From the human T2T-CHM13v2.0 reference genome, Homo sapiens: a DNA stretch of 64,000 nt. This document shows positions 32,401 through 46,032 of the stretch, piece by piece; positions within the stretch are counted from its first letter, which is position 1, and the number at the start of each line of letters is the position of its first letter. The translations under genes and the position numbers were made by a program. A model generated the notes under the pieces. It did not search any database. It saw only the letters and a list, made by a program, of their open reading frames with translations, and had not been told where the DNA came from. The stretch lies in the NCBI RefSeq assembly GCF_009914755.1, contig NC_060925.1, one strand, 5' to 3'.

Positions 32401-35400
32401 AATCATCATCCAACGGATGCTAATGGAATCAACATCGAATGAATCAAATGGAAACACCATCGAATTGAAACGAATGGAATTACCATGAAATTGAAATGGA
32501 TGGACTCATCATCGAATGTATTCGAAAGGAATCATCGAATAAAATTGATTGAAATCATCATCGAATGGAATCGAATGGTATCATTGAATGGAATCGAATG
32601 GAATCATCATCAGATGGAAATGAATGGAATCGTCATAGAATGGAATCGAATGGATTCATTGAATGGAATCAGATGGAATCATCGAATGGACTGGAATGGA
32701 ATCATTGAATGGACTCGAAAGAGATCATGATTGAATGGAATTGAATGGAATCATCGAATGGTCTCGATTGGAATCATTATCAAATGGAATCGAATGGAAT
32801 CACCGAATAGAATCGAATGGAACAATCATCGAATGGACTCAAATGGAATTATCCTCCAATGGAATCGAATGGAATTATCGAATGCAATCGAATGGAATTA
32901 TCGAATGCAATCAAATAGAATCATCGAATGGACTCGAATGGAATCATCGAATGGAATGGAATGGAACAGTCAATGAACTCGAATGGAATCATCATTGAAT
33001 GGAATCGAATGGAATCATCGAGTGGAATCGAATGGAATTATGATCAAATGGAATCGAATGTAATCATCATCAAATGGAATCAAAAATAACCATCATCAAT
33101 TGGTATTGAATGGAATTGTCATCAAATGGAATTCAAAGGAAACATCATCAAATGGAACCGAATGGAATCCTCATTGAATGGAAATGAAAGGGGTCATCAT
33201 CTAATGGAATCGCATGGAATCATCATCAAATGGAATCGAATGGAATCATCATCAAATGAAATCTAATGGAATCATTGAACAGAATTGAATGGAATCGTCA
33301 TCGAATGAATTGAATGCAATCATCGAATGGTCTCGAATGGAACCATCTTCTAATGGAAAGGAATGGAATCATCGCATAGAATCGAATGGAATTGTCATCG
33401 AATGGAATCGAATGGTATCAACACCAAACGGAAAAAAACGGAATTATCGAATGGAATCGAAGAGAATCTTCGAACGGACCCGAATGGAATCATCTAATGG
33501 AATGGAATGGAATAATCCATGGACTCGAATGCAATCATCATCGAATGGAATCGAATGGAATCATCGAATGGACTCGAATGAAATAATCATTGAACGGAAT
33601 CGAATGGAATCATCATCGGATGGAAACGAATGGAATCATCATCGAATGGAAATGAAAGGAGTCATCATCTAATGGAATTGCATGGAATCATCATAAAATG
33701 GAATCGAATGGAATCAACATCAAATGGAATCAAATGGAATCATTGAACGGAATTGAATGGAATCGTCATCGAATGAATTGAATGCAATCATCGAATGGTC
33801 TCGAATGGAATCATCTTCAAATGGAATGGAATGGAATCATCGCATAGAATCGAATGGAATTATCATCGAATGGAATCGAATGGAATCAACATCAAACGGA
33901 AAAAAACGGAATTATCGAATGGAATCGAAGAGAATCATCGAATGGACCCGAATGGAATCATCTAATGGAATGGAATGGAATAATCCATGGACTCGAATGC
34001 AATCATCATCGAATGGAATCGAATGGAATCATCCAATGGACTCGAATGGAATAATCATTGAACGGAATCGAATGGAATCATCATCGTATGGAAATGAATG
34101 GAATCATCATCGAATGGAATCGAATAGAATTATGGAATGAAATCCAGTGTGATCATCATCGAATGGACCCGAATGGAATCATCATCCAACGGATGCTAAT
34201 GGAATCAACATCGAATGAATCAAATGGAAACACCATCGAATTGAAACGAATGGAATTACCATGAAATTGAAATGGATGGACTCATCATCGAATGGATTTG
34301 AAAGGAATCATCGAATAAAATTGATTGAAATCATCATCGAATGGAATCGAATGGTATCATTGAATGGAATCGAATGGAATCATCATCAGATGGAAATGAA
34401 TGGAATCGTCATAGAATGGAATCGAATGGATTCATTGAATGGAATCAGATGGAATCATCGAATGGACTGGAATGGAATCATTGAATGGACTCGAAAGAGA
34501 TCATGATTGAATGGAATTGAATGGAATCATCGAATGGTCTCGATTGGAATCATTATCAAATGGAATCGAATGGAATCACCGAATAGAATCGAATGGAACA
34601 ATCATCGAATGGACTCAAATGGAATTATCCTCCAATGGAATCGAATGGAATTATCGAATGCAATCGAATGGAATTATCGAATGCAATCGAATAGAATCAT
34701 CGAATGGACTCGAATGGAATCATCGAATGGAATGGAATGGAACAGTCAATGAACTCGAATGGAATCATCATTGAATGGAATCGAATGGAATCATCGAGTG
34801 GAATCGAATGGAATTATGATCAAATGGAATCGAATGTAATCATCATCAAATGGAATCAAAAATAACCATCATCAATTGGTATTGAATGGAATTGTCATCA
34901 AATGGAATTCAAAGGAAACATCATCAAATGGAACCGAATGGAATCCTCATTGAATGGAAATGAAAGGGGTCATCATCTAATGGAATCGCATGGAATCATC
35001 ATCAAATGGAATCGAATGGAATCATCATCAAATGGAATCTAATGGAATCATTGAACAGAATTGAATGGAATCGTCATCGAATGAATTGAATGCAATCATC
35101 GAATGGTCTCGAATGGAACCATCTTCTAATGGAAAGGAATGGAATCATCGCATAGAATCGAATGGAATTATCATCGAATGGAATCGAATGGTATCAACAC
35201 CAAACGGAAAAAAACGGAATTATCGAATGGAATCGAAGAGAATCTTCGAACGGACCCGAATGGAATCATCTAATGGAATGGAATGGAATAATCCATGGAC
35301 TCGAATGCAATGATCATCGAATGGAATCGAATGGAATCATCGAATGGACTCGAATGAAATAATCATTGAACGGAATCGAATGGAATCATCATCGGATGGA

Positions 35401-37580
35401 AATGAAAGGAGTCATCATCTAATGGAATTGCATGGAATCATCATAAAATGGAATCGAATGGAATCAACATCAAATGGAATCAAATGGAATCATTGAACGG
35501 AATTGAATGGAATCGTCATCGAATGAATTGAATGCAATCATCGAATGGTCTCGAATGGAATCATCTTCAAATGGAATGGAATGGAATCATCGCATAGAAT
35601 CGAATGGAATTATCATCGAATGGAATCGAATGGAATCAACATCAAACGGAAAAAAACGGAATTATCGAATGGAATCGAAGAGAATCATCGAATGGACCCG
35701 AATGGAATCATCTAATGGAATGGAATGGAATAATCCATGGACTCGAATGCAATCATCATCGAATGGAATCGAATGGAATCATCCAATGGACTCGAATGGA
35801 ATAATCATTGAACGGAATCGAATGGAATCAACATCGGATGGAAATGAATGGAATCATCATCGAATGGAATCGAATAGAATTATGGAATGAAATCCAGTGT
35901 GATCATCATCGAATGGACCCGAAAGGAATCATCATCCAACGGATGCTAATGGAATCAACATCGAATGAATCAAATGGAAACACCATCGAATTGAAACGAA
36001 TGGAATTACCATGAAATTGAAATGGATGGACTCATCATCGAATGGATTTGAAAGGAATCATCGAATAAAATTGATTGAAATCATCATCGAATGGAATCGA
36101 ATGGTATCATTGAATGGAATCGAATGGAATCATCATCAGATGGAAATGAATGGAATCGTCATAGAATGGAATCGAATGGATTCATTGAATGGAATCAGAT
36201 GGAATCATCGAATGGACTGGAATGGAATCATTGAATGGACTCGAAAGAGATCATGATTGAATGGAATTGAATGGAATCATCGAATGGTCTCGATTGGAAT
36301 CATTATCAAATGGAATCGAATGGAATCACCGAATAGAATCGAATGGAACAATCATCGAATGGACTCAAATGGAATTATCCTCCAATGGAATCGAATGGAA
36401 TTATCGAATGCAATCGAATGGAATTATCGAATGCAATCGAATAGAATCATCGAATGGACTCGAATGGAATCATCGAATGGAATGGAATGGAACAGTCAAT
36501 GAACTCGAATGGAATCATCATTGAATGGAATCGAATGGAATCATCGAGTGGAATCGAATGGAATTATGATCAAATGGAATCGAATGTAATCATCATCAAA
36601 TGGAATCAAAAATAACCATCATCAATTGGTATTGAATGGAATTGTCATCAAATGGAATTCAAAGGAAACATCATCAAATGGAACCGAATGGAATCCTCAT
36701 TGAATGGAAATGAAAGGGGTCATCATCTAATGGAATCGCATGGAATCATCATCAAATGGAATCGAATGGAATCATCATCAAATGGAATCTAATGGAATCA
36801 TTGAACAGAATTGAATGGAATCGTCATCGAATGAATTGAATGCAATCATCGAATGGTCTCGAATGGAACCATCTTCTAATGGAAAGGAATGGAATCATCG
36901 CATAGAATCGAATGGAATTATCATCGAATGGAATCGAATGGTATCAACACCAAACGGAAAAAAACGGAATTATCGAATGGAATCGAAGAGAATCTTCGAA
37001 CGGACCCGAATGGAATCATCTAATGGAATGGAATGGAATAATCCATGGACTCGAATGCAATGATCATCGAATGGAATCGAATGGAATCATCGAATGGACT
37101 CGAATGAAATAATCATTGAACGGAATCGAATGGAATCATCATCGGATGGAAATGAAAGGAGTCATCATCTAATGGAATTGCATGGAATCATCATAAAATG
37201 GAATCGAATGGAATCAACATCAAATGGAATCAAATGGAATCATTGAACGGAATTGAATGGAATCGTCATCGAATGAATTGAATGCAATCATCGAATGGTC
37301 TCGAATGGAATCATCTTCAAATGGAATGGAATGGAATCATCGCATAGAATCGAATGGAATTATCATCGAATGGAATCGAATGGAATCAACATCAAACGGA
37401 AAAAAACGGAATTATCGAATGGAATCGAAGAGAATCATCGAATGGACCCGAATGGAATCATCTAATGGAATGGAATGGAATAATCCATGGACTCGAATGC
37501 AATCATCATCGAATGGAATCGAATGGAATCATCCAATGGACTCGAATGGAATAATCATTGAACGGAATCGAATGGAATCA
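17440..37580 (+). repeat. Near-identical tandem duplication with a 9244-bp period (about 2.2 copies; ends approximate)
   Basis: Rare variants recur exactly 9244 bp apart: TTGAGCGG about 20824/30068, TAATGGGATGG about 22039/31283, ATCAATATC about 22698/31942, GCAATCAAAT about 23669/32913, TCGTATGG about 24843/34087, CCGAAAGG about 19186/28430 and 26680/35924. Confidence 0.85.
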
Positions 37581-40500
37581 TCATCGGATGGAAATGAATG
37601 GAATCATCATCGAATGGAATCGAATAGAATTATGGAATGAAATCCAGTGTGATCATCATCGAATGGACCCGAATGGAATCATCATCCAACGGATGCTAAT
37701 GGAATCAACATCGAATGAATCAAATGGAAACACCATCGAATTGAAACGAATGGAATTAACATGAAATTGAAATGGATGGACTCATCATCGAATGGATTTG
37801 AAAGGAATCATCGAATAAAATTGATTGAAATCATCATCGAATGGAATCGAATGGTATCATTGAATGGAATCGAATGGAATCATCATCAGATGGAAATGAA
37901 TGGAATCGTCATAGAATGGAATCGAATGGATTCATTGAATGGAATCAGATGGAATCATCGAATGGACTGGAATGGAATCATTGAATGGACTCGAAAGAGA
38001 TCATGATTGAATGGAATTGAATGGAATCATCGAATGGTCTCGATTGGAATCATTATCAAATGGAATCGAATGGAATCACCGAATAGAATCGAATGGAACA
38101 ATCATCGAATGGACTCAAATGGAATTATCCTCCAATGGAATCGAATGGAATTATCGAATGCAATCGAATGGAATTATCGAATGCAAACGAATAGAATCAT
38201 CGAATGGACTCGAATGGAATCATCGAATGGAATGGAATGGAACAGTCAATGAACTCGAATGGAATCATCATTGAATGGAATCGAATGGAATCATCGAGTG
38301 GAATCGAATGGAATTATGATCAAATGGAATCGAATGTAATCATCATCAAATGGAATCAAAAATAACCATCATCAATTGGTATTGAATGGAATTGTCATCA
38401 AATGGAATTCAAAGGAAACATCATCAAATGGAACCGAATGGAATCCTCATTGAATGGAAATGAAAGGGGTCATCATCTAATGGAATCGCATGGAATCATC
38501 ATCAAATGGAATCGAACGGAATCATCATGAAATGGAATCTAATGGAATCATTGAACAGAATTGAATGGAATCGTCATCGAATGAATTGAATGCAATCATC
38601 GAATGGTCTCGAATGGAACCATCTTCTAATGGAAAGGAATGGAATCATCGCATAGAATCGAATGGAATTATCATCGAATGGAATCGAATGGTATCAACAC
38701 CAAACGGAAAAAAACGGAATTATCGAATGGAATCGAAGAGAATCTTCGAACGGACCCGAATGGAATCATCTAATGGAATGGAATGGAATAATCCATGGAC
38801 TCGAATGCAATGATCATCGAATGGAATCGAATGGAATCATCGAATGGACTCGAATGGAATAATCATTGAACGGAATCGAATGGAATCATCATCGGATGGA
38901 AATGAAAGGAGTCATCATCTAATGGAATTGCATGGAATCATCATAAAATGGAATCGAATGGAATCAACATCAAATGGAATCAAATGGAATCATTGAACGG
39001 AATTGAATGGAATCGTCATCGAATGAATTGAATGCAATCATCGAATGGTCTCGAATGGAATCATCTTCAAATGGAATGGAATGGAATCATCGCATAGAAT
39101 CGAATGGAATTATCATCGAATGGAATCGAATGGAATCAACATCAAACGGAAAAAAACGGAATTATCGAATGGAATCGAAGAGAATCATCGAATGGACCCG
39201 AATGGAATCATCTAATGGAATGGAATGGAATAATCCATGGACTCGAATGCAATCATCATCGAATGGAATCGAATGGAATCATCCAATGGACTCGAATGGA
39301 ATAATCATTGAACGGAATCGAATGGAATCATCATCGGATGGAAATGAATGGAATCATCATCGAATGGAATCGAATAGAATTATGGAATGAAATCCAGTGT
39401 GATCATAATCGAATGGACCCGAATGGAATCATCATCCAACGGATGCTAATGGAATCAACATCGAATGAATCAAATGGAAACACCATCGAATTGAAACGAA
39501 TGGAATTACCATGAAATTGAAATGGATGGACTCATCATCGAATGGATTTGAAAGGAATCATCGAATAAAATTGATTGAAATCATCATCGAATGGAATCGA
39601 ATGGTATCATTGAATGGAATCGAATGGAATCATCATCAGATGGAAATGAATGGAATCGTCATAGAATGGAATCGAATGGATTCATTGAATGGAATCAGAT
39701 GGAATCATCGAATGGACTGGAATGGAATCATTGAATGGACTCGAAAGAGATCATGATTGAATGGAATTGAATGGAATCATCGAATGGTCTCGATTGGAAT
39801 CATTATCAAATGGAATCGAATGGAATCACCGAATAGAATCGAATGGAACAATCATCGAATGGACTCAAATGGAATTATCCTCCAATGGAATCGAATGGAA
39901 TTATCGAATGCAATCGAATGGAATTATCGAATGCAAACGAATAGAATCATCGAATGGACTCGAATGGAATCATCGAATGGAATGGAATGGAACAGTCAAT
40001 GAACTCGAATGGAATCATCATTGAATGGAATCGAATGGAATCATCGAGTGGAATCGAATGGAATTATGATCAAATGGAATCGAATGTAATCATCATCAAA
40101 TGGAATCAAAAATAACCATCATCAATTGGTATTGAATGGAATTGTCATCAAATGGAATTCAAAGGAAACATCATCAAATGGAACCGAATGGAATCCTCAT
40201 TGAATGGAAATGAAAGGGGTCATCATCTAATGGAATCGCATGGAATCATCATCAAATGGAATCGAATGGAATCATCATGAAATGGAATCTAATGGAATCA
40301 TTGAACAGAATTGAATGGAATCGTCATCGAATGAATTGAATGCAATCATCGAATGGTCTCGAATGGAACCATCTTCTAATGGAAAGGAATGGAATCATCG
40401 CATAGAATCGAATGGAATTATCATCGAATGGAATCGAATGGTATCAACACCAAACGGAAAAAAACGGAATTATCGAATGGAATCGAAGAGAATCTTCGAA

Positions 40501-43500
40501 CGGACCCGAATGGAATCATCTAATGGAATGGAATGGAATAATCCATGGACTCGAATGCAATCATCATCGAATGGAATCGAATGGAATCATCGAATGGACT
40601 CGAATGGAATAATCATTGAACGGAATCGAATGGAATCATCATCGGATGGAAACGAATGGAATCATCATCGAATGGAAATGAAAGGAGTCATCATCTAATG
40701 GAATTGCATGGAATCATCATAAAATGGAATCGAATGGAATCAACATCAAATGGAATCAAATGGAATCATTGAACGGAATTGAATGGAATCGTCATCGAAT
40801 GAATTGAATGCAATCATCGAATGGTCTCGAATGGAATCATCTTCAAATGGAATGGAATGGAATCATCGCATAGAATCGAATGAAATTATCATCGAATGGA
40901 ATCGAATGGAATCAACATCAAACGGAAAAAAACGGAATTATCGAATGGAATCGAAGAGAATCATCGAATGGACCCGAATGGAATCATCTAATGGAATGGA
41001 ATGGAATAATCCATGGACTCGAATGCAATCATCATCGAATGGAATCGAATGGAATCATCGAATGGACTCGAATGGAATAATCATTGAACGGAATCGAATG
41101 GAATCATCATCGGATGGAAATGAAAGGAGTCATCATCTAATGGAATTGCATGGAATCATCATAAAATGGAATCGAATGGAATCAACATCAAATGGAATCA
41201 AATGGAATCATTGAACGGAATTGAATGGAATCGTCATCGAATGAATTGAATGCAATCATCGAATGGTCTCGAATGGAATCATCTTCAAATGGAATGGAAT
41301 GGAATCATCGCATAGAATCGAATGGAATTATCATCGAATGGAATCGAATGGAATCAACATCAAACGGAAAAAAACCGAATTATCGAATGGAATCGAAGAG
41401 AATCATCGAATGGACCCGAATGGAATCATCTAATGGAATGGAATGGAATAATCCATGGACTCGAATGCAATCATCATCGAATGGAATCAAATGGAATCAT
41501 CGAATGGACTCGAATGGAATAATCATTGAACGGAATCGAATGGAATCATCATCGGATGGAAATGAATGGAATCATCATCGAATGGAATCGAATAGAATTA
41601 TGGAATGAAATCCAGTGTGATCATCATCGAATGGACCCGAATGGAATCATCATCCAACGGATGCTAATGGAATCAACATCGAATGAATCAAATGGAAACA
41701 CCATCGAATTGAAACGAATGGAATTATCATGAAATTGAAATGGATGGACTCATCATCGAATGGATTCGAAAGGAATCATCGAATAAAATTGATTGAAATC
41801 ATCATCGAATGGAATCGAATGGTATCATTGAATGGAATCGAATGGAATCATCATCAGATGGAAATGAATGGAATCGTCATAGAATGGAATCGAATGGATT
41901 CATTGAATGGAATCAGATGGAATCATCGAATGGACTGGAATGGAATCATTGAATGGACTCGAAAGAGATCATGATTGAATGGAATTGAATGGAATCATCG
42001 AATGGTCTCGATTGGAATCATTATCAAATGGAATCGAATGGAATCACCGAATAGAATCGAATGGAACAATCATCGAATGGACTCAAATGGAATTATCCTC
42101 CAATGGAATCGAATGGAATTATCGAATGCAATCGAATGGAATTATCGAATGCAATCGAATAGAATCATCGAATGGACTCGAATGGAATCATCGAATGGAA
42201 TGGAATGGAACAGTCAATGAACTCGAATGGAATCATCATTGAATGGAATCGAATGGAATCATCGAGTGGAATCGAATGGAATTATGATCAAATGGAATCG
42301 AATGTAATCATCATCAAATGGAATCAAAAATAACCATCATCAATTGGTATTGAATGGAATTGTCATCAAATGGAATTCAAAGGAAACATCATCAAATGGA
42401 ACCGAATGGAATCCTCATTGAATGGAAATGAAAGGGGTCATCATCTAATGGAATCGCATGGAATCATCATCAAATGGAATCGAATGGAATCATCATGAAA
42501 TGGAATCTAATAGAATCATTGAACAGAATTGAATGGAATCGTCATCGAATGAATTGAATGCAATCATCGAATGGTCTCGAATGGAACCATCTTCTAATGG
42601 AAAGGAATGGAATCATCGCATAGAATCGAATGGAATTATCATCGAATGGAATCGAATGGTATCAACACCAAACGGAAAAAAACGGAATTATCGAATGGAA
42701 TCGAAGAGAATCTTCGAACGGACCCGAATGGAATCATCTAATGGAATGGAATGGAATAATCCATGGACTCGAATGCAATCATCATCGAATGGAATCGAAT
42801 GGAATCATCGAATGGACTCGAATGAAATAATCATTGAACGGAATCGAATGGAATCATCATCGGATGGAAATGAAAGGAGTCATCATCTAATGGAATTGCA
42901 TGGAATCATCATAAAATGGAATCGAATGGAATCAACATCAAATGGAATCAAATGGAATCATTGAACGGAATTGAATGGAATCGTCATCGAATGAATTGAA
43001 TGCAATCATCGAATGGTCTCGAATGGAATCATCTTCAAATGGAATGGAATGGAATCATCGCATAGAATCGAATGGAATTATCATCGAATGGAATCGAATG
43101 GAATCAACATCAAACGGAAAAAAACGGAATTATCGAATGGAATCGAAGAGAATCATCGAATGGACCCGAATGGAATCATCTAATGGAATGGAATGGAATA
43201 ATCCATGGACTCGAATGCAATCATCATCGAATGGAATCGAATGGAATCATCCAATGGACTCGAATGGAATAATCATTGAACGGAATCGAATGGAATCATC
43301 ATCGGATGGAAATGAATGGAATCATCATCGAATGGAATCGAATAGAATTATGGAATGAAATCCAGTGTGATCATCATCGAATGGACCCGAATGGAATCAT
43401 CATCCAACGGATGCTAATGGAATCAACATCGAATGAATCAAATGGAAACACCATCGAATTGAAACGAATGGAATTACCATGAAATTGAAATGGATGGACT

Positions 43501-46032
43501 CATCATCGAATGGATTCGAAAGGAATCATCGAATAAAATTGATTGAAATCATCATCGAATGGAATCGAATGGTATCATTGAATGGAATCGAATGGAATCA
43601 TCATCAGATGGAAATGAATGGAATCGTCATAGAATGGAATCGAATGGATTCATTGAATGGAATCAGATGGAATCATCGAATGGACTGGAATGGAATCATT
43701 GAATGGACTCGAAAGAGATCATGATTGAATGGAATTGAATGGAATCATCGAATGGTCTCGATTGGAATCATTATCAAATGGAATCGAATGGAATCACCGA
43801 ATAGAATCGAATGGAACAATCATCGAATGGACTCAAATGGAATTATCCTCCAATGGAATCGAATGGAATTATCGAATGCAATCGAATGGAATTATCGAAT
43901 GCAATCGAATAGAATCATCGAATGGACTCGAATGGAATCATCGAATGGAATGGAATGGAACAGTCAATGAACTCGAATGGAATCATCATTGAATGGAATC
44001 GAATGGAATCATCGAGTGGAATCGAATGGAATTATGATCAAATGGAATCGAATGTAATCATCATCAAATGGAATCAAAAATAACCATCATCAATTGGTAT
44101 TGAATGGAATTGTCATCAAATGGAATTCAAAGGAAACATCATCAAATGGAACCGAATGGAATCCTCATTGAATGGAAATGAAAGGGGTCATCATCTAATG
44201 GAATCGCATGGAATCATCATCAAATGGAATCGAATGGAATCATCATCAAATGGAATCTAATGGAATCATTGAACAGAATTGAATGGAATCGTCATCGAAT
44301 GAATTGAATGCAATCATCGAATGGTCTCGAATGGAACCATCTTCTAATGGAAAGGAATGGAATCATCGCAAAGAATCGAATGGAATTATCATCGAATGGA
44401 ATCGAATGGTATCAACACCAAACGGAAAAAAACGGAATTATCGAATGGAATCGAAGAGAATCTTCGAACGGACCCGAATGGAATCATCTAATGGAATGGA
44501 ATGGAATAATCCATGGACTCGAATGCAATCATCATCGAATGGAATCGAATGGAATCATCGAATGGACTCGAATGAAATAATCATTGAACGGAATCGAATG
44601 GAATCATCATCGGATGGAAATGAAAGGAGTCATCATCTAATGGAATTGCATGGAATCATCATAAAATGGAATCGAATGGAATCAACATCAAATGGAATCA
44701 AATGGAATCATTGAACGGAATTGAATGGAATCGTCATCGAATGAATTGAATGCAATCATCGAATGGTCTCGAATGGAATCATCTTCAAATGGAATGGAAT
44801 GGAATCATCGCATAGAATCGAATGGAATTATCATCGAATGGAATCGAATGGCATCAACATCAAATGGAAAAAAACGGAATTATCGAATGGAATCGAAGAG
44901 AATCATCGAATGGACCCGAATGGAATCATCTAATGGAATGGAAGGGAATAATCCATGGACTCGAATGCAATCATCATCGAATGGAATCGAATGGAATCAT
45001 CGAATGGACTCGAATGGAATAATCATTGAACGGAATCGAATGGAATCATCATCGGATGGAAATGAATGGAATCATCATCGAATGGAATCGAATAGGATTA
45101 TGGAATGAAATCCAGTGTGATCATCATCGAATGGACCCGAATGGAATCATCATCCAACGGAAGCTAATGGAATCAACATCGAATGAATCGAATGGAAACA
45201 CCATCGAATTGAAACGAATGGAATTATCATGAAATTGAAATGGATGGACTCATCATCGAATGGATTCGAATGGAATCATCGAATAAAATTGATTGAAATC
45301 ATCATCAAATGGAATCGAATGGTATCATTGAATGGAATCGAATGGAATCATCATCAGATGGAAATGAATGGAATCGTCATAGAATGGAATCGAATGGATT
45401 TATTGAATGGAATCAGATGGAATCATCGAATGGACTGGAATGGAATCATTGAATGGACTCGAAAGGGATCATTATTGAATGGAATTGAATGGAATCACCG
45501 AATGGTCTCGATTGGAATCATTATCAAATGGAATCGAATGGAATCACCGAATAGAATGGAATGGAACAATCATCGAATGGACTCAAATGGAATTATCCTC
45601 AAATGGAATCGAATGGAATAATCGAATGCAATCGAATGGAATTATCGAATGCAATCGAATAGAATCATCGAATGGACTCGAATGGAATCATCGAATGGAA
45701 TGGAATGGAACAGTCAATGAACTCGAATGGAATCATCATTGAATGGAATCGAATAGAATCATCGAGTGGAATCGAATGGAATTATGATCAAATGGTATCG
45801 AATGTAATCATCATCAAATGGAATAAAAAATAACCATCATCAATTGGTATTGAATGGAATTGTCATCAAATGGAATTCAAAGGAATCATCATCAAATGGA
45901 ACCGAATGGAATCCTCATTGAATGGAAATGAAAGGGGTCATCATCTAATGCAATCACATGGAATCATCATCAAATGGAATCGAATGGAATCATCATCAAA
46001 TGGAATCTAATGGAATCATTGAACAGAATTGA

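Larger units (their letters stand above)
1..44724 (+). repeat. Left homogeneous sub-array of 2218/1776/1750-bp units
   Basis: The marker ATGAAATTGAAATGG recurs at 1131, 3349, 5567, 7785, 9561, 11311 ... 43479, 45229. The 23 intervals are 8x2218, 4x1776 and 11x1750 (sum 44098). Units share the alleles GGATGCTAAT, GGAACCATCT and AAGGAAACATC, and nearly all have GAAAGAGATC. Confidence 0.9.

Noticed and set aside
44600-45200. Mobile-element insertion or inversion at the domain boundary
   Set aside because: The sequence stays in register and on the same strand, with no foreign sequence, target-site duplication or CATTC-oriented segment.
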